Origin: Caldimonas sp.
GTDB lineage: Bacteria; Pseudomonadota; Gammaproteobacteria; Burkholderiales; Burkholderiaceae_C
Direction: 5' to 3'
Assembly: GCA_030150305.1 (NCBI GenBank)
Contig: JASLGD010000567.1
Span: forward strand, 1 to 32,957
Length of the DNA stretch: 32,957 nucleotides
Below the pieces are notes generated by a model that ran no database searches, was not told where the DNA came from, and worked only from the letters and a program-made list of their open reading frames with translations. Below, piece after piece: positions 10,501 to 18,365 of the stretch. The stretch's first letter is position 1. Every line of letters begins with the position of its first letter. Made by a program: the position numbers and the translations under genes.

Positions 10501-11792
10501 CCGGTGACGCGATAGCGGGCAGGCGCATCGAGCGGCCCGTCCCAGCGCGTCTTCAGCTCGCTGATGACGCCGCGCGGGCGCACGTCGGCGAGCAGGTTGC
10601 GCAGCGCAGCGCCGATCGGCACGCGGCTCGCGATCGCGGCGATGACGCCGACGTCGAGTCGATCGGCATCGAACTCGCCGCCGCTGACGGCGCCGGTCTC
10701 GTCCTGCCGCCAGGCCGCGCGCAGGTCGCCCTTCGGCCAGCTCAAGCCGTCGCCGGTGCGAAAGCCGAACTGGCGGACCGCGACAGTCGTCGCGTCGTCG
10801 CGCTGCTCGGCCTCGACGGTGCCGTCGACCTGCTCGAACTCGAGCGGCTCGACGCTCTTGTCGAGGCGGAGCGCGACAGCACGCAGCGCGACGTCGAGCG
10901 ACGCCGCGACCGCCCGGCCGTCCTTGAGGTCGAACCAGCCGCGCAGCGCGCCGTCGCCCTCGCTCAGCTCGAACGGCAGCGTGACGCGGCGGCGCAGCTC
11001 GCTGAGGTCGGCGCGCGGCAGGTCGACGTACGCGCGCCCGCTCCACTGCCGCCATTCGCTCGCGCGCACGAAGAGCGGCTGGGTGAAGCGGCCGCGCAGG
11101 CTGAAGCGGTCGCCCCAGCCCGGCGGCGGCGTCGCGTCGATGCGCACGTTGTGCTCGCGCAGGCCGTTGCGGACGACGAGCTCGACGTCGGCCAGCGCGA
11201 GCGGCGGCGCGTCGCGCGCCTCGTCGATCCAGCGCAGCGTGCCGGCGCGGATCACGAACTCGTGCTGCTTGAAGAACCAGTCGGCAGCGACGTCGTCTTC
11301 GCCGGCGCTCGACGAGTGGACGAAGTCGAGCCCGCCGACACGGATGCGGCCGCTCTTGTCGCGGCGGACGTCGAGGCTCGGGCCGTCGACCAGCAGCTGC
11401 GCGAAGCGCGGCTCGAGCGCGAGCAGCGAGCGCGCCGAAAGCGCAGCGAAGACGCGCGGCAAGGTGAGCGCGACGCGCTGCTCGGCGTCGTAGACGCGGA
11501 CGTCGCGCAGCTCGACCGAAGGCACCCAGCCGCTCGAGTGCGCGGAGATCGATCCGATCTTGATCGGCGTGCCGACCATCGCGCTCGCGCGCGCCTCGAT
11601 CTCCGGGCGCCACTCCTCGATGTGCGGCAGAATCAGCCAGTGAAGTGAGAGCCAGCCGACGAACAGCAGCAGCCACGCCGCGAGCAGCAGCCAGACCACT
11701 GCACGCCGTGTCCAGCGCAGGGGCGCCCAGCGAGCACGTTCGGCGCTGCGCGAGGAAGGGCCGGCAACACCGGAGGGCGGGTTCGACGACAT
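7563..11792 (-). CDS. yhdP: YhdP family AsmA-like phospholipid transport protein
   Basis: 1409 aa with single N-terminal TM; C-terminal GRLLGVLSLQSLPRRLQFDFRDLFAEGFAFD and VTGPWDDPKV. Confidence 0.92.
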   Translation of the reverse strand: MSSNPPSGVAGPSSRSAERARWAPLRWTRRAVVWLLLAAWLLLFVGWLSLHWLILPHIEEWRPEIEARASAMVGTPIKIGSISAHSSGWVPSVELRDVRVYDAEQRVALTLPRVFAALSARSLLALEPRFAQLLVDGPSLDVRRDKSGRIRVGGLDFVHSSSAGEDDVAADWFFKQHEFVIRAGTLRWIDEARDAPPLALADVELVVRNGLREHNVRIDATPPPGWGDRFSLRGRFTQPLFVRASEWRQWSGRAYVDLPRADLSELRRRVTLPFELSEGDGALRGWFDLKDGRAVAASLDVALRAVALRLDKSVEPLEFEQVDGTVEAEQRDDATTVAVRQFGFRTGDGLSWPKGDLRAAWRQDETGAVSGGEFDADRLDVGVIAAIASRVPIGAALRNLLADVRPRGVISELKTRWDGPLDAPARYRVTGRMSELSLAAKPSPEPDGLGRPGIVNAELQLDASESGGQARIDMRAGKLDLPGVFAEREVPLDLLDAKLTWKLEREGSDAAPRISVKVAGATFANADARGELSATWRSGPGTGFGRGARYPGHLELDGRLADGVAARTARYLPLGLPEGVRSYVGAAVREGTITSATVRIRGDLYDFPFHDPKLARDADFRIGAKFEGLTFAYIPDEPPQAAASAAPRESWPALTRGAGELAVDRTTIDIKNAKAQLGNIEWNGIQGRIGDLAGRPRLEVEGNALGPLTDMLRFVDVTPVGRWTGRALASATATGSAELKLALGIPLTRPSETAVRGTIVLAGNDVRMSPDTPLLAAAKGRVDFSQRGFTVTGGSAHALGGDLAFEGGSSAGLNGGDSQRFSGRGTATADGLRQASELGTVARMAAVASGQTSYRATLAFVAGRPQISVATNLVGIGVDLPAPLGKAATQPMALRVRTVPDDAASSSTESAAGASREALQVDYGGALQAHFVREASGDSTRVVRGAIRVGDARAVPAERVADPLPGDPLDVLPLPATGVAANVAVKRLDVEAWQGALARMQGDGGRGGGAAPLVFDASGGAGYVPDAIAVRAAELVVGSRKLANVTAGLTLQGDLWRANVSADELDGYLEYRPARRASGAGRVFARLARLNLPKGEVERVESLLEEQPATIPALDIVVDEFELRGKNLGRLDIEAVNRNVGNRDGVREWQLAKLALTMPEAQLSATGTWGDAGGGASSPRRAAMSFTLALADSGALLERLGMGRVIRGGKGTLSGDIAWPGSPFSPDYPRMTGQVKVSIDSGQFLKAGPGAGRLLGVLSLQSLPRRLQFDFRDLFAEGFAFDNVVGDFRIADGKASTNNLRMRGAAAAVLMEGSADIVNETEDLRVVVVPEINAGTASLAFAVINPAIGLGTFLAQYFLRKPLIAANTREFHVTGPWDDPKVDRVERNALGEATADSAPTTEPAPAVTR

Positions 11793-11900
11793 GAAGACAG
11801 CGCTCAGACCGCCGACCGCCCGCTGCGACGACGGTCGCCTCCGCGTCGTGCCTCGGACCCGGCGACCTGCGCTGCAGCGACGCCTCGCGCGGGTCGGTTC

Positions 11901-11909
11901 AATCTAGCA
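11901..11909 (-). promoter_or_regulatory. Putative extended -10 (TG-C-TAGATT) for yhdP operon
   Basis: Minus strand TGCTAGATT in the divergent yhdP/glnE spacer. Confidence 0.35.
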
Positions 11910-11927
11910 CACGACGGGCCCGCGAAG

Positions 11928-14699
11928 ATGGATCCCAACACCTCGATCGCGGCGCAGTCGATCGGCGTGGGCGCGTTGCAGGCGCAACGAATTGTTCCGT
12001 TCGCTTCGCACAGCCGCTTCGTGCAGCGGATCCGGCGCCGCTACGCCGAAGAGCTCGCCCTGCTGCCGGCGGGGCTGCCCGACCGGGCCACGATCACGGC
12101 GCTCGTCGAGCGGCTGCGCGGCGGCGGCCGGAGTCTCGCGGCGGCGCTGCGCGTTGCGCGCCAGCTGACGCTCGAGCGGCTCGCCGTGCTCGACGTCGAG
12201 GAAGGTGCGCCGCTCGCCGACATCACCCGCGCGATGACCGAGCTCGCAGAGGCGACGCTCGAGCTCGCGCTCACGCAGGCGCTCGCCGACCAGGACGCGC
12301 GCAACGGCGTGCCGCGCGACGAGCGCGGCGAACGGATCGACTTCTGGATCGTCGGCATGGGCAAGCTCGGCGCCCGCGAGCTGAACGTGTCGTCCGACAT
12401 CGACCTCGTCTACCTCTACGAGTCCGACGGCCAGACCGACGGCGCCCGGCCGGTCAGCGCGCACGAGTACTTCGCGCAGGTCGCGCGCAGCCTCTACGCG
12501 CTGATCGGCGAGATCACCGACGACGGCTTCGTCTTTCGCGTCGACCTCGCGCTGCGGCCCAACGGCAACTCGGGGCCGACCGTCGTCAGCCTCGCGATGC
12601 TCGAGGAGTACCTGCAGGCGCACGGCCGCGAGTGGGAGCGCTTCGCCTGGCTGAAGAGCCGTGTCGTCGCGCCGCGCGCGAGCGTCGAGAGCGGTCGCGC
12701 CAAGCCGCTGAAGTCGCTCGTCGCCGCGTTCGTCTACCGACGCTATCTCGACTACGGCGTCTTCGAAGGCCTGCGCCAGCTCCACGTCAAGGTCCGCGAC
12801 GCAGCGCAACGGCGCGCCGCGGGGCGCCCCGAGCGCGCGAACGACGTCAAGCTGTCGCGCGGCGGCATCCGGGAAATCGAGTTCATCGTCCAGCTGTTGC
12901 TCGTCGTACGCGGCGGCCAGTTCCCCGAGATCCGGACGCGCTCGACGCTGAAGGCGCTCGACAAGCTGGCCGCCGGCGGCCTCATGCAGCGGCCGACATC
13001 GGAGCGGCTGGCCGACGCCTACGCGATGCTGCGCCGGATCGAGCACCGCATCCAGTACCTCGACGACCAGCAGACGCACGTGCTGCCGACCGACGACGGC
13101 GACCTCGCTTGGATCGCGGCGAGCCTCGGGCATGACGACGAGGACGGCGTCTGCACGATGCTGCAGCTGCTCGGCGTCGCGCGCGAGTCGGTCGCCGACG
13201 AGTTCGACCGCCTGCTCCACGACGGCCGCCGTCCCGGCGCCGGCAACGCGAACGGGTGCCGGACGTGCGGGCCGGCGCCGCTGCCGCTCGACGCCGAGCA
13301 GTTCCTCGCCGACTTGCCGGCCGAGCTGCGCGCCCGCGTCGAGCCGCTCTGCGGTCAGCCGAAGATCCGGCTGCTGCGCGACGAGAGCAAGGTGCGCCTC
13401 GCTCATCTCGTCGCGAGCGCGGCGCAGGCAGTGAGAGACGGCCGTGCGACGCTCGCCGCCGCGGTGCAGTTCATCGACTGGCTCGAGCCGCTGCTGCGCC
13501 GCGAAAGCTACCTCGCGCTCCTCGCAGAACGTCCCGAGGTGCAGAACAGGCTGCTGCGCCTGCTCGGACTCGCGCGCTGGCCCATGCGCTACCTGATGCT
13601 GCACCCCGGCGTCATCGACGAGCTCGCCGACGAGCGGCTGCTGCACGACCGCTTCGATTCGGAGTCGTACCGGCGCGAGCTCGAGGAGCGCCACAAGGGC
13701 TGGCAGCGCTCCGGCCAAGCCGAGGAGGAGCTGCTGCTCGACACGCTGCGCCGCGCCCACCACGCCGAGGTCTTCCGCACGCTGGTGCGCGACGTCGAAG
13801 GGCACATCACCGTCGAACAGGTCGCCGACGACCTCTCGGCGCTCGCCGACGCGACGCTCGACGTTGCCCTCAGCTGGGCGTGGCAGCACCTGAAGGTCGC
13901 GCACCGGCCCGATCCACAGCTGGCGATCCTCGCCTACGGCAAGCTCGGCGGCAAGGAGCTCGGCTACGGCAGCGACCTCGACGTCGTCTTCGTCTACGAC
14001 GATCCCGACACCGAGCCCGACAAGGCGGCCGAGGTCTACGGCGCGTTCGTGCGCAAGCTGATCGCGTGGCTGACGACCCGGACCGCCGCGGGCGAGCTGT
14101 TCGACATCGACACCGCGCTGCGGCCGAACGGCAACTCGGGGTTGCTGGTGACGTCGATGGCGTCGTACGAGAACTACCAGACCGGCCGCGGCAGCAACAC
14201 CGCGTGGACGTGGGAGCACCAGGCGCTGACGCGCGCGCGCTGGTGCGCCGGCATCGAGCGCCTCGCGCCGCGCTTCGAGGCGGTGCGGCGCCAGGTCCTC
14301 GCCGCGCCGCGCGACCTGCAGGCGCTGCTCGCCGAGGTGCGCGCGATGCGCGAGAAGGTGCGTGCCGCGCATCCGGTCAAGAGCGGTCGCTTCGACCTCA
14401 AGCACAGCGCCGGCGGAATGATCGACGTCGAGTTCGCGGTGCAGGCGCTCGTGCTCGGCCACGCGGCGACGCACGCCGAGCTGCTCGACGACGTCGGCAA
14501 CATCGCGCTGCTGCAGCGCGCCGAGCGCGCGGGGCTGCTGCCGGCCGGCGTCGGCAGCGCCGCCGCCGACGCTTACCGCGACCTCCGCCGCGCCCAGCAC
14601 CGCGCGCGCCTCGACGAGCAGCCGACCCAGGTCGACCCCGCGCCGCTCGCCGCGCAGACGAGCGCCGTCCTCGCGCTCTGGCGTGCCGTCTTCGGCTGA
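11928..14699 (+). CDS. glnE: Glutamine synthetase adenylyltransferase / adenylyl-removing enzyme
   Basis: Two nucleotidyltransferase halves: GMGKLGARELNVSSDIDL and AYGKLGGKELGYGSDLD; RVDLALRPNG / DIDTALRPNG; GGIREIEF / GGMIDVEF. Confidence 0.96.
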   Translation: MDPNTSIAAQSIGVGALQAQRIVPFASHSRFVQRIRRRYAEELALLPAGLPDRATITALVERLRGGGRSLAAALRVARQLTLERLAVLDVEEGAPLADITRAMTELAEATLELALTQALADQDARNGVPRDERGERIDFWIVGMGKLGARELNVSSDIDLVYLYESDGQTDGARPVSAHEYFAQVARSLYALIGEITDDGFVFRVDLALRPNGNSGPTVVSLAMLEEYLQAHGREWERFAWLKSRVVAPRASVESGRAKPLKSLVAAFVYRRYLDYGVFEGLRQLHVKVRDAAQRRAAGRPERANDVKLSRGGIREIEFIVQLLLVVRGGQFPEIRTRSTLKALDKLAAGGLMQRPTSERLADAYAMLRRIEHRIQYLDDQQTHVLPTDDGDLAWIAASLGHDDEDGVCTMLQLLGVARESVADEFDRLLHDGRRPGAGNANGCRTCGPAPLPLDAEQFLADLPAELRARVEPLCGQPKIRLLRDESKVRLAHLVASAAQAVRDGRATLAAAVQFIDWLEPLLRRESYLALLAERPEVQNRLLRLLGLARWPMRYLMLHPGVIDELADERLLHDRFDSESYRRELEERHKGWQRSGQAEEELLLDTLRRAHHAEVFRTLVRDVEGHITVEQVADDLSALADATLDVALSWAWQHLKVAHRPDPQLAILAYGKLGGKELGYGSDLDVVFVYDDPDTEPDKAAEVYGAFVRKLIAWLTTRTAAGELFDIDTALRPNGNSGLLVTSMASYENYQTGRGSNTAWTWEHQALTRARWCAGIERLAPRFEAVRRQVLAAPRDLQALLAEVRAMREKVRAAHPVKSGRFDLKHSAGGMIDVEFAVQALVLGHAATHAELLDDVGNIALLQRAERAGLLPAGVGSAAADAYRDLRRAQHRARLDEQPTQVDPAPLAAQTSAVLALWRAVFG

Positions 14700-15300
14700 C
14701 GGCCGCCGCGCTTGGTTGGCGCTCGCCGTCGCGCTCGCGTTGGCTGCCGTGCTCGCGGCCAGCGTGTCGACCGCGGCGCTCGAATGGCAGCCCGGCCGCG
14801 CCTGGATCGAGCCGTGGCGCGCGTGGACCGCGGCGATCGTCCACTACAGCGCGTTCCATCTCGTCGTGAACCTGGTCGGCACGGCGCTCGTCGCCGCGCT
14901 CGGCTGGTTCGCGCGCGTGCCGCGCTCGACGGCGCTCGCCTGGCTCGTCGCCTGGCCGCTGACGCAACTCGGCTTGCTCGCGCGACCCGACCTCCTCCAC
15001 TACGCGGGCCTGTCCGGAGTCCTGCACGCCGGCACCGCGTGCGTCGGCTGGCAGCTCGCCGTGCACGCGCGCGGTCAGCGGCGCGCGATCGGCGCGCTCG
15101 TCCTCGCCGGCCTCGCGGTCAAGGTCGCGAGCGAATCGCCGTGGGGGGCTGCCGTGCGCGAGCGCGCCGGCTGGGACATCGCGACGGCGCCGTTCGCGCA
15201 CGCCAGCGGCCTCGTCGCCGGACTCGTCGCCGCGATCGCATGCGATGCGATCGTCCGCGCCCGCCGGCGTGCGCCGATGCGCGCCGGCGACACTGCCTGA
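14683..15300 (+). CDS. Rhomboid family intramembrane serine protease, rhombosortase-like
   Basis: PWRAWTAAIVH...HLVVN, catalytic Ser motif YAGLSGVLH, catalytic His in AHASG; overlaps the glnE end; exact start uncertain. Confidence 0.8.
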   Translation: MPSSADGRRAWLALAVALALAAVLAASVSTAALEWQPGRAWIEPWRAWTAAIVHYSAFHLVVNLVGTALVAALGWFARVPRSTALAWLVAWPLTQLGLLARPDLLHYAGLSGVLHAGTACVGWQLAVHARGQRRAIGALVLAGLAVKVASESPWGAAVRERAGWDIATAPFAHASGLVAGLVAAIACDAIVRARRRAPMRAGDTA

Positions 15301-15316
15301 ATTCGAACCCGTCGCC

Positions 15317-16240
15317 ATGGACCGACCCGATCCCCTCGTGCTGCAGGAGCGCAAGAGCCACCTCGACGCGCTCGCCGTCACCAGCCTCGTCGTCTGCTGC
15401 TTCCTCTGGGGCCTGAACCAGGTCGCCGCCAAGGCGGCGCTGCCCGAGGTCGGCGCGCTCTGGCAGGCCGCGCTGCGCTCGACCGGCGCGACGCTCCTGC
15501 TCTGGCTCTGGGCGCGCGTGCGCGGCATCGCGCTCTTCGACCGCGACGGCACGCTGCCGGGCGGGCTGCTCGCCGGCGCGCTGTTCGCGGCCGAGTTCTT
15601 CTGCATCTTCGTCGGCCTGCAGTTCACGACCGCGTCGCGGATGGTCGTCTTCATCTACATCTCGCCGTTCGTGGTCGCGCTTGGCATGCCGCTCATCTCG
15701 CGCGCCGAGCGGCTGCAAGCGCTGCAGGCGATCGGCCTCGTGGTCGCGTTCGCGGGCGTCGCGTCGGCCTTCGCCGAGGGCTTCTCGCAGCCGGCCGCCG
15801 GGCCGCGGCAGTGGATCGGTGATGCCCTCGGCGTCCTCGCCGGCGTCCTCTGGGGCGCGACGACGCTCGCGATCCGGGCGACGAAGCTGACGCGCGCAGC
15901 GGCCGAGAAGACGCTCTTCTATCAGCTCGCCGTCTCGGCGGTGCTGCTCCTCGCGGCCGCAGCGGCGAGCGCGCCGCCGCCGCTGCACGCGCTCTCGCCG
16001 CTCGCGTGGGGCTCGCTCGCGTTCCAGATCGTCGTCGTCAGCTTCGCCAGCTACCTCGTGTGGTTCTGGCTCGTCCGCCACTACCCGGCGACGCGGGTCG
16101 CGTCGTTCACGATGCTGACGCCGATCTTCGGCCTCATCCTCGGCGCGCTCCTGCTCGCCGAGCCGATCACGGCGCGGCTGCTGATCGCGCTCGCGACCGT
16201 CGCCGCCGGCATCTTCCTCGTCAACCGCAGGACGACGTGA
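15317..16240 (+). CDS. DMT/EamA family transporter
   Basis: About 10 TMs in two repeats; LWGLNQVAAK, TTASRMVVFIYISPF, LTPIFG...LLAEPIT; ATG at 15317. Confidence 0.9.
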   Translation: MDRPDPLVLQERKSHLDALAVTSLVVCCFLWGLNQVAAKAALPEVGALWQAALRSTGATLLLWLWARVRGIALFDRDGTLPGGLLAGALFAAEFFCIFVGLQFTTASRMVVFIYISPFVVALGMPLISRAERLQALQAIGLVVAFAGVASAFAEGFSQPAAGPRQWIGDALGVLAGVLWGATTLAIRATKLTRAAAEKTLFYQLAVSAVLLLAAAAASAPPPLHALSPLAWGSLAFQIVVVSFASYLVWFWLVRHYPATRVASFTMLTPIFGLILGALLLAEPITARLLIALATVAAGIFLVNRRTT

Positions 16241-16773
16241 TCGCGGTCGTCGTCAGGATCCTCGTCCGCGGCGGCGGTTGCGGGCTGCTCTTCTGGTGGA
16301 TCTGGCGAACGTTCGGGCTCGCGTCGGCGATGCCGGTCGTCGCGCTGTTCGGCATCGCGCTCGCGCGGCCGCTGATCGAGCTGGCCGAGGCGCTCGGCTG
16401 GCAGATGCGCCGCGCCCACTGGCACGACGTCGAGGGCCGTCACTACACGCATCGCGGTCGCGCGGTCGCGGTGCTCGAAGACGACGAGCACCGGCGCTGG
16501 CTGCGGCTCGCCGACGTCCGCGCTTTCGTCGGCTTCACCGCCAGCGACGGCGCACTCGCGATCAGCTACCCGGGGTGCGTGCGCGAGCTCGGCCGGCCGC
16601 CGGCGCAATACGTCCGCGTCGATGCGCTGCTCGTGCATCTCGCCAAGGAACGGTCGCCTGAGGCGGCGCGCTTGCGCGGCTGGGTCGAGCGCGAGATCGC
16701 GTTTCCGGCGCGGCGCGCCCGCGAGCGCCGCGGCATCGCCAGCGAGCCGCCCGACGTCGCCGACTCCGGCTGA
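16237..16773 (+). CDS. Hypothetical membrane protein with C-terminal Bro-N-like domain (178 aa)
   Basis: GTG overlaps the EamA stop (GTGA). Two N-terminal hydrophobic segments, then a soluble domain resembling Bro-N (see findings). Confidence 0.65.
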   Translation: MIAVVVRILVRGGGCGLLFWWIWRTFGLASAMPVVALFGIALARPLIELAEALGWQMRRAHWHDVEGRHYTHRGRAVAVLEDDEHRRWLRLADVRAFVGFTASDGALAISYPGCVRELGRPPAQYVRVDALLVHLAKERSPEAARLRGWVEREIAFPARRARERRGIASEPPDVADSG

Positions 16774-16776
16774 CGC

Positions 16777-17253
16777 TCAGCCGCGGATGCGCGCGACAAG
16801 CGCGGTCGTCGAATAGCCGTCGACGAAGGGCAGCGCACGCGCGTTGCCGCCCCAGCTGCGCACGAGCGCGGTCTCGGCGAGCGTCTCGACGTCGTAATCA
16901 CCGCCCTTGACGTAGAGCTCGGGGCGGACGATCTTGAGCAGCTCGAGCGGCGTCTGTTCGTCGAACAGCGTGACCAGGCTGACGCTCGCGAGCGCGGCGA
17001 GCACGCAGGCGCGGTCGGCCTCGCCGTTGAGCGGCCGATCGCTGCCCTTGCCGAGCGAGCGCGCCGAGCGGTCGCTGTTCAAGCCGACGACGAGGCTCGA
17101 GCCCTCGGCGCGCGCCTGCGCGAGGTAGGTGACGTGGCCGCGGTGCAGGATGTCGAACACGCCGTTGGTGAACACCACCGGGCGCTCGAGCGCGGCGAGG
17201 CGCGGCAGCAGCTCGGCGCGCGGGCACAGCTTGGCAGCGAAGTCCGGAAGCAC
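16777..17253 (-). CDS. rfaE2: D-glycero-beta-D-manno-heptose 1-phosphate adenylyltransferase (HldE domain II)
   Basis: VFTNGVFDILHRGHVTYL, GLNSDRS, YVKGGDY, GYSTT motifs. Confidence 0.92.
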   Translation of the reverse strand: MLPDFAAKLCPRAELLPRLAALERPVVFTNGVFDILHRGHVTYLAQARAEGSSLVVGLNSDRSARSLGKGSDRPLNGEADRACVLAALASVSLVTLFDEQTPLELLKIVRPELYVKGGDYDVETLAETALVRSWGGNARALPFVDGYSTTALVARIRG

Positions 17254-17333
17254 GCGGCGATTGTCGCGCGCGGCGGCGGCCCCGCTCGAACGCGATGCGG
17301 TACGCGAGGACCCTCACGCTAAGATCGGCCGCG

Positions 17334-18026
17334 ATGACCACCGCCGACCGCCACGCCGAAAGCGCGCTCGTCCTCTGCGGCCTGCCAGTCTCGAACTACT
17401 ACAGCAAGGTCAAGCTCGCGTTGCTCGAAAAGGGCGTGCCGTTTCGCGAAGAGGCGATCGGTGCCGCGGGCAAGGGTGCCAAGAGCGAGGATGCGCTGCG
17501 CGACTCGCCGCTCGGCAAGATCCCGTTCATCCGCACCGCGCAGGGCCCGCTCTGCGAGAGCCAGGCGATCCTCGAGTACATCGAGGCGGCGTGGCCCGAG
17601 CCGCCGCTGCTGCCGAAGGACGCGTACGAGGCGGCGAAGGTGCGCGAGCTGATCGCGTTCATCGACCTGCACGTCGAGCTCGTCGCGCGCGAGCTCTATT
17701 CGCAGGCGTTCTTCGGCGGCACGCTCGCCGACGGCGTCGCCGAGCGCGTCCGCAGGCGGCTCGTCAGGAACATCGCCGCGCTCGCGCGGCTCGTCCGCTT
17801 CGATCCCTACATCGCCGGCGCGACGTTCACGCAGGCCGACTGCGCCGCCTGGGCCTCGTTCGGCGTCGTCAGGATGGCGACCGAGGCGATCTACGGCGAG
17901 GACCTGCTCACGGCCGGCGGTGTCGACTGGAAGCCCTACAGCAAGCGGCTCGGCGAGCGGCCGAGCGTGCAGCGGGTGGTCGCCGATCGCAAGGCCGCGC
18001 AGGACCGTGCTGCGTCCCGGACCTGA
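17334..18026 (+). CDS. Glutathione S-transferase family protein
   Basis: SNYYSKVKLALLEKG, SPLGKIP, LCESQAILEYIE, FTQAD. ATG at 17334 preferred over 17295. Confidence 0.9.
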   Translation: MTTADRHAESALVLCGLPVSNYYSKVKLALLEKGVPFREEAIGAAGKGAKSEDALRDSPLGKIPFIRTAQGPLCESQAILEYIEAAWPEPPLLPKDAYEAAKVRELIAFIDLHVELVARELYSQAFFGGTLADGVAERVRRRLVRNIAALARLVRFDPYIAGATFTQADCAAWASFGVVRMATEAIYGEDLLTAGGVDWKPYSKRLGERPSVQRVVADRKAAQDRAASRT

Positions 18027-18125
18027 CCGCGCGAGCGTCGGCCGGTTCGGGAGGAGTCGGCGGCCGCACGCTTTGCCCGCGCCCGGCGGGCACGCCGCAT
18101 CGGCGCATCGATTTCGATGCTTTCG

Positions 18126-18153
18126 GGAACTCGGAGGCGCAACCCGCGTCAGA
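18126..18153 (+). promoter_or_regulatory. Putative sigmaE (RpoE/AlgU-type ECF) promoter
   Basis: GGAACTC (18126-18132), 16-nt spacer, TCAGA (18149-18153); close to the GAACTT-N16-TCnnA consensus. Confidence 0.55.
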
Positions 18154-18159
18154 GAGATT

Positions 18160-18323
18160 CGACGTGCCCCGCAACGCCCACCGCTGAAGGCGACGCGCAT
18201 GGGGCCGGCGAACCGGTTTTCGTCGCGGAGCCGGCCGGCCTTGCCGGCTGAAATCCCCGGGGGGTTCTCCTCCTCCCTCCTCCCTCCCTCGTTCCCTCGG
18301 GGGCGCTCGGCGACACCTTTTTT
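18160..18323 (+). ncRNA. Candidate small RNA with CU-rich anti-SD loop
   Basis: Intergenic; hairpin 18229-18249; 11-bp stem 18254-18264/18293-18303 closing a 28-nt C/U loop; T6 run at 18318-18323. The 5' end is inferred from the promoter. Confidence 0.6.
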
Positions 18324-18365
18324 CGCAGCCGTGCGCCCGCTTCTCCGCGGGCGCATGTGCCCGGG

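Noticed and set aside
7239..11676. Very long alternative-frame and antisense ORFs (1469 aa and 1376 aa here; similar ones over DUF2339, glnE and leuS)
   Set aside because: Arg/Ala/Pro-rich shadows expected from high GC3 codon bias; they fully overlap well-supported genes and show no motifs.
11795..11875. Possible third copy of the 66-bp repeat (ends GACCCGGCG)
   Set aside because: Only the terminal ~9 nt match; no convincing alignment of the rest.
16777..17253. HldE adenylyltransferase domain alone, as a possible truncation
   Set aside because: Split kinase and adenylyltransferase genes are normal in Betaproteobacteria, and the motifs are intact.
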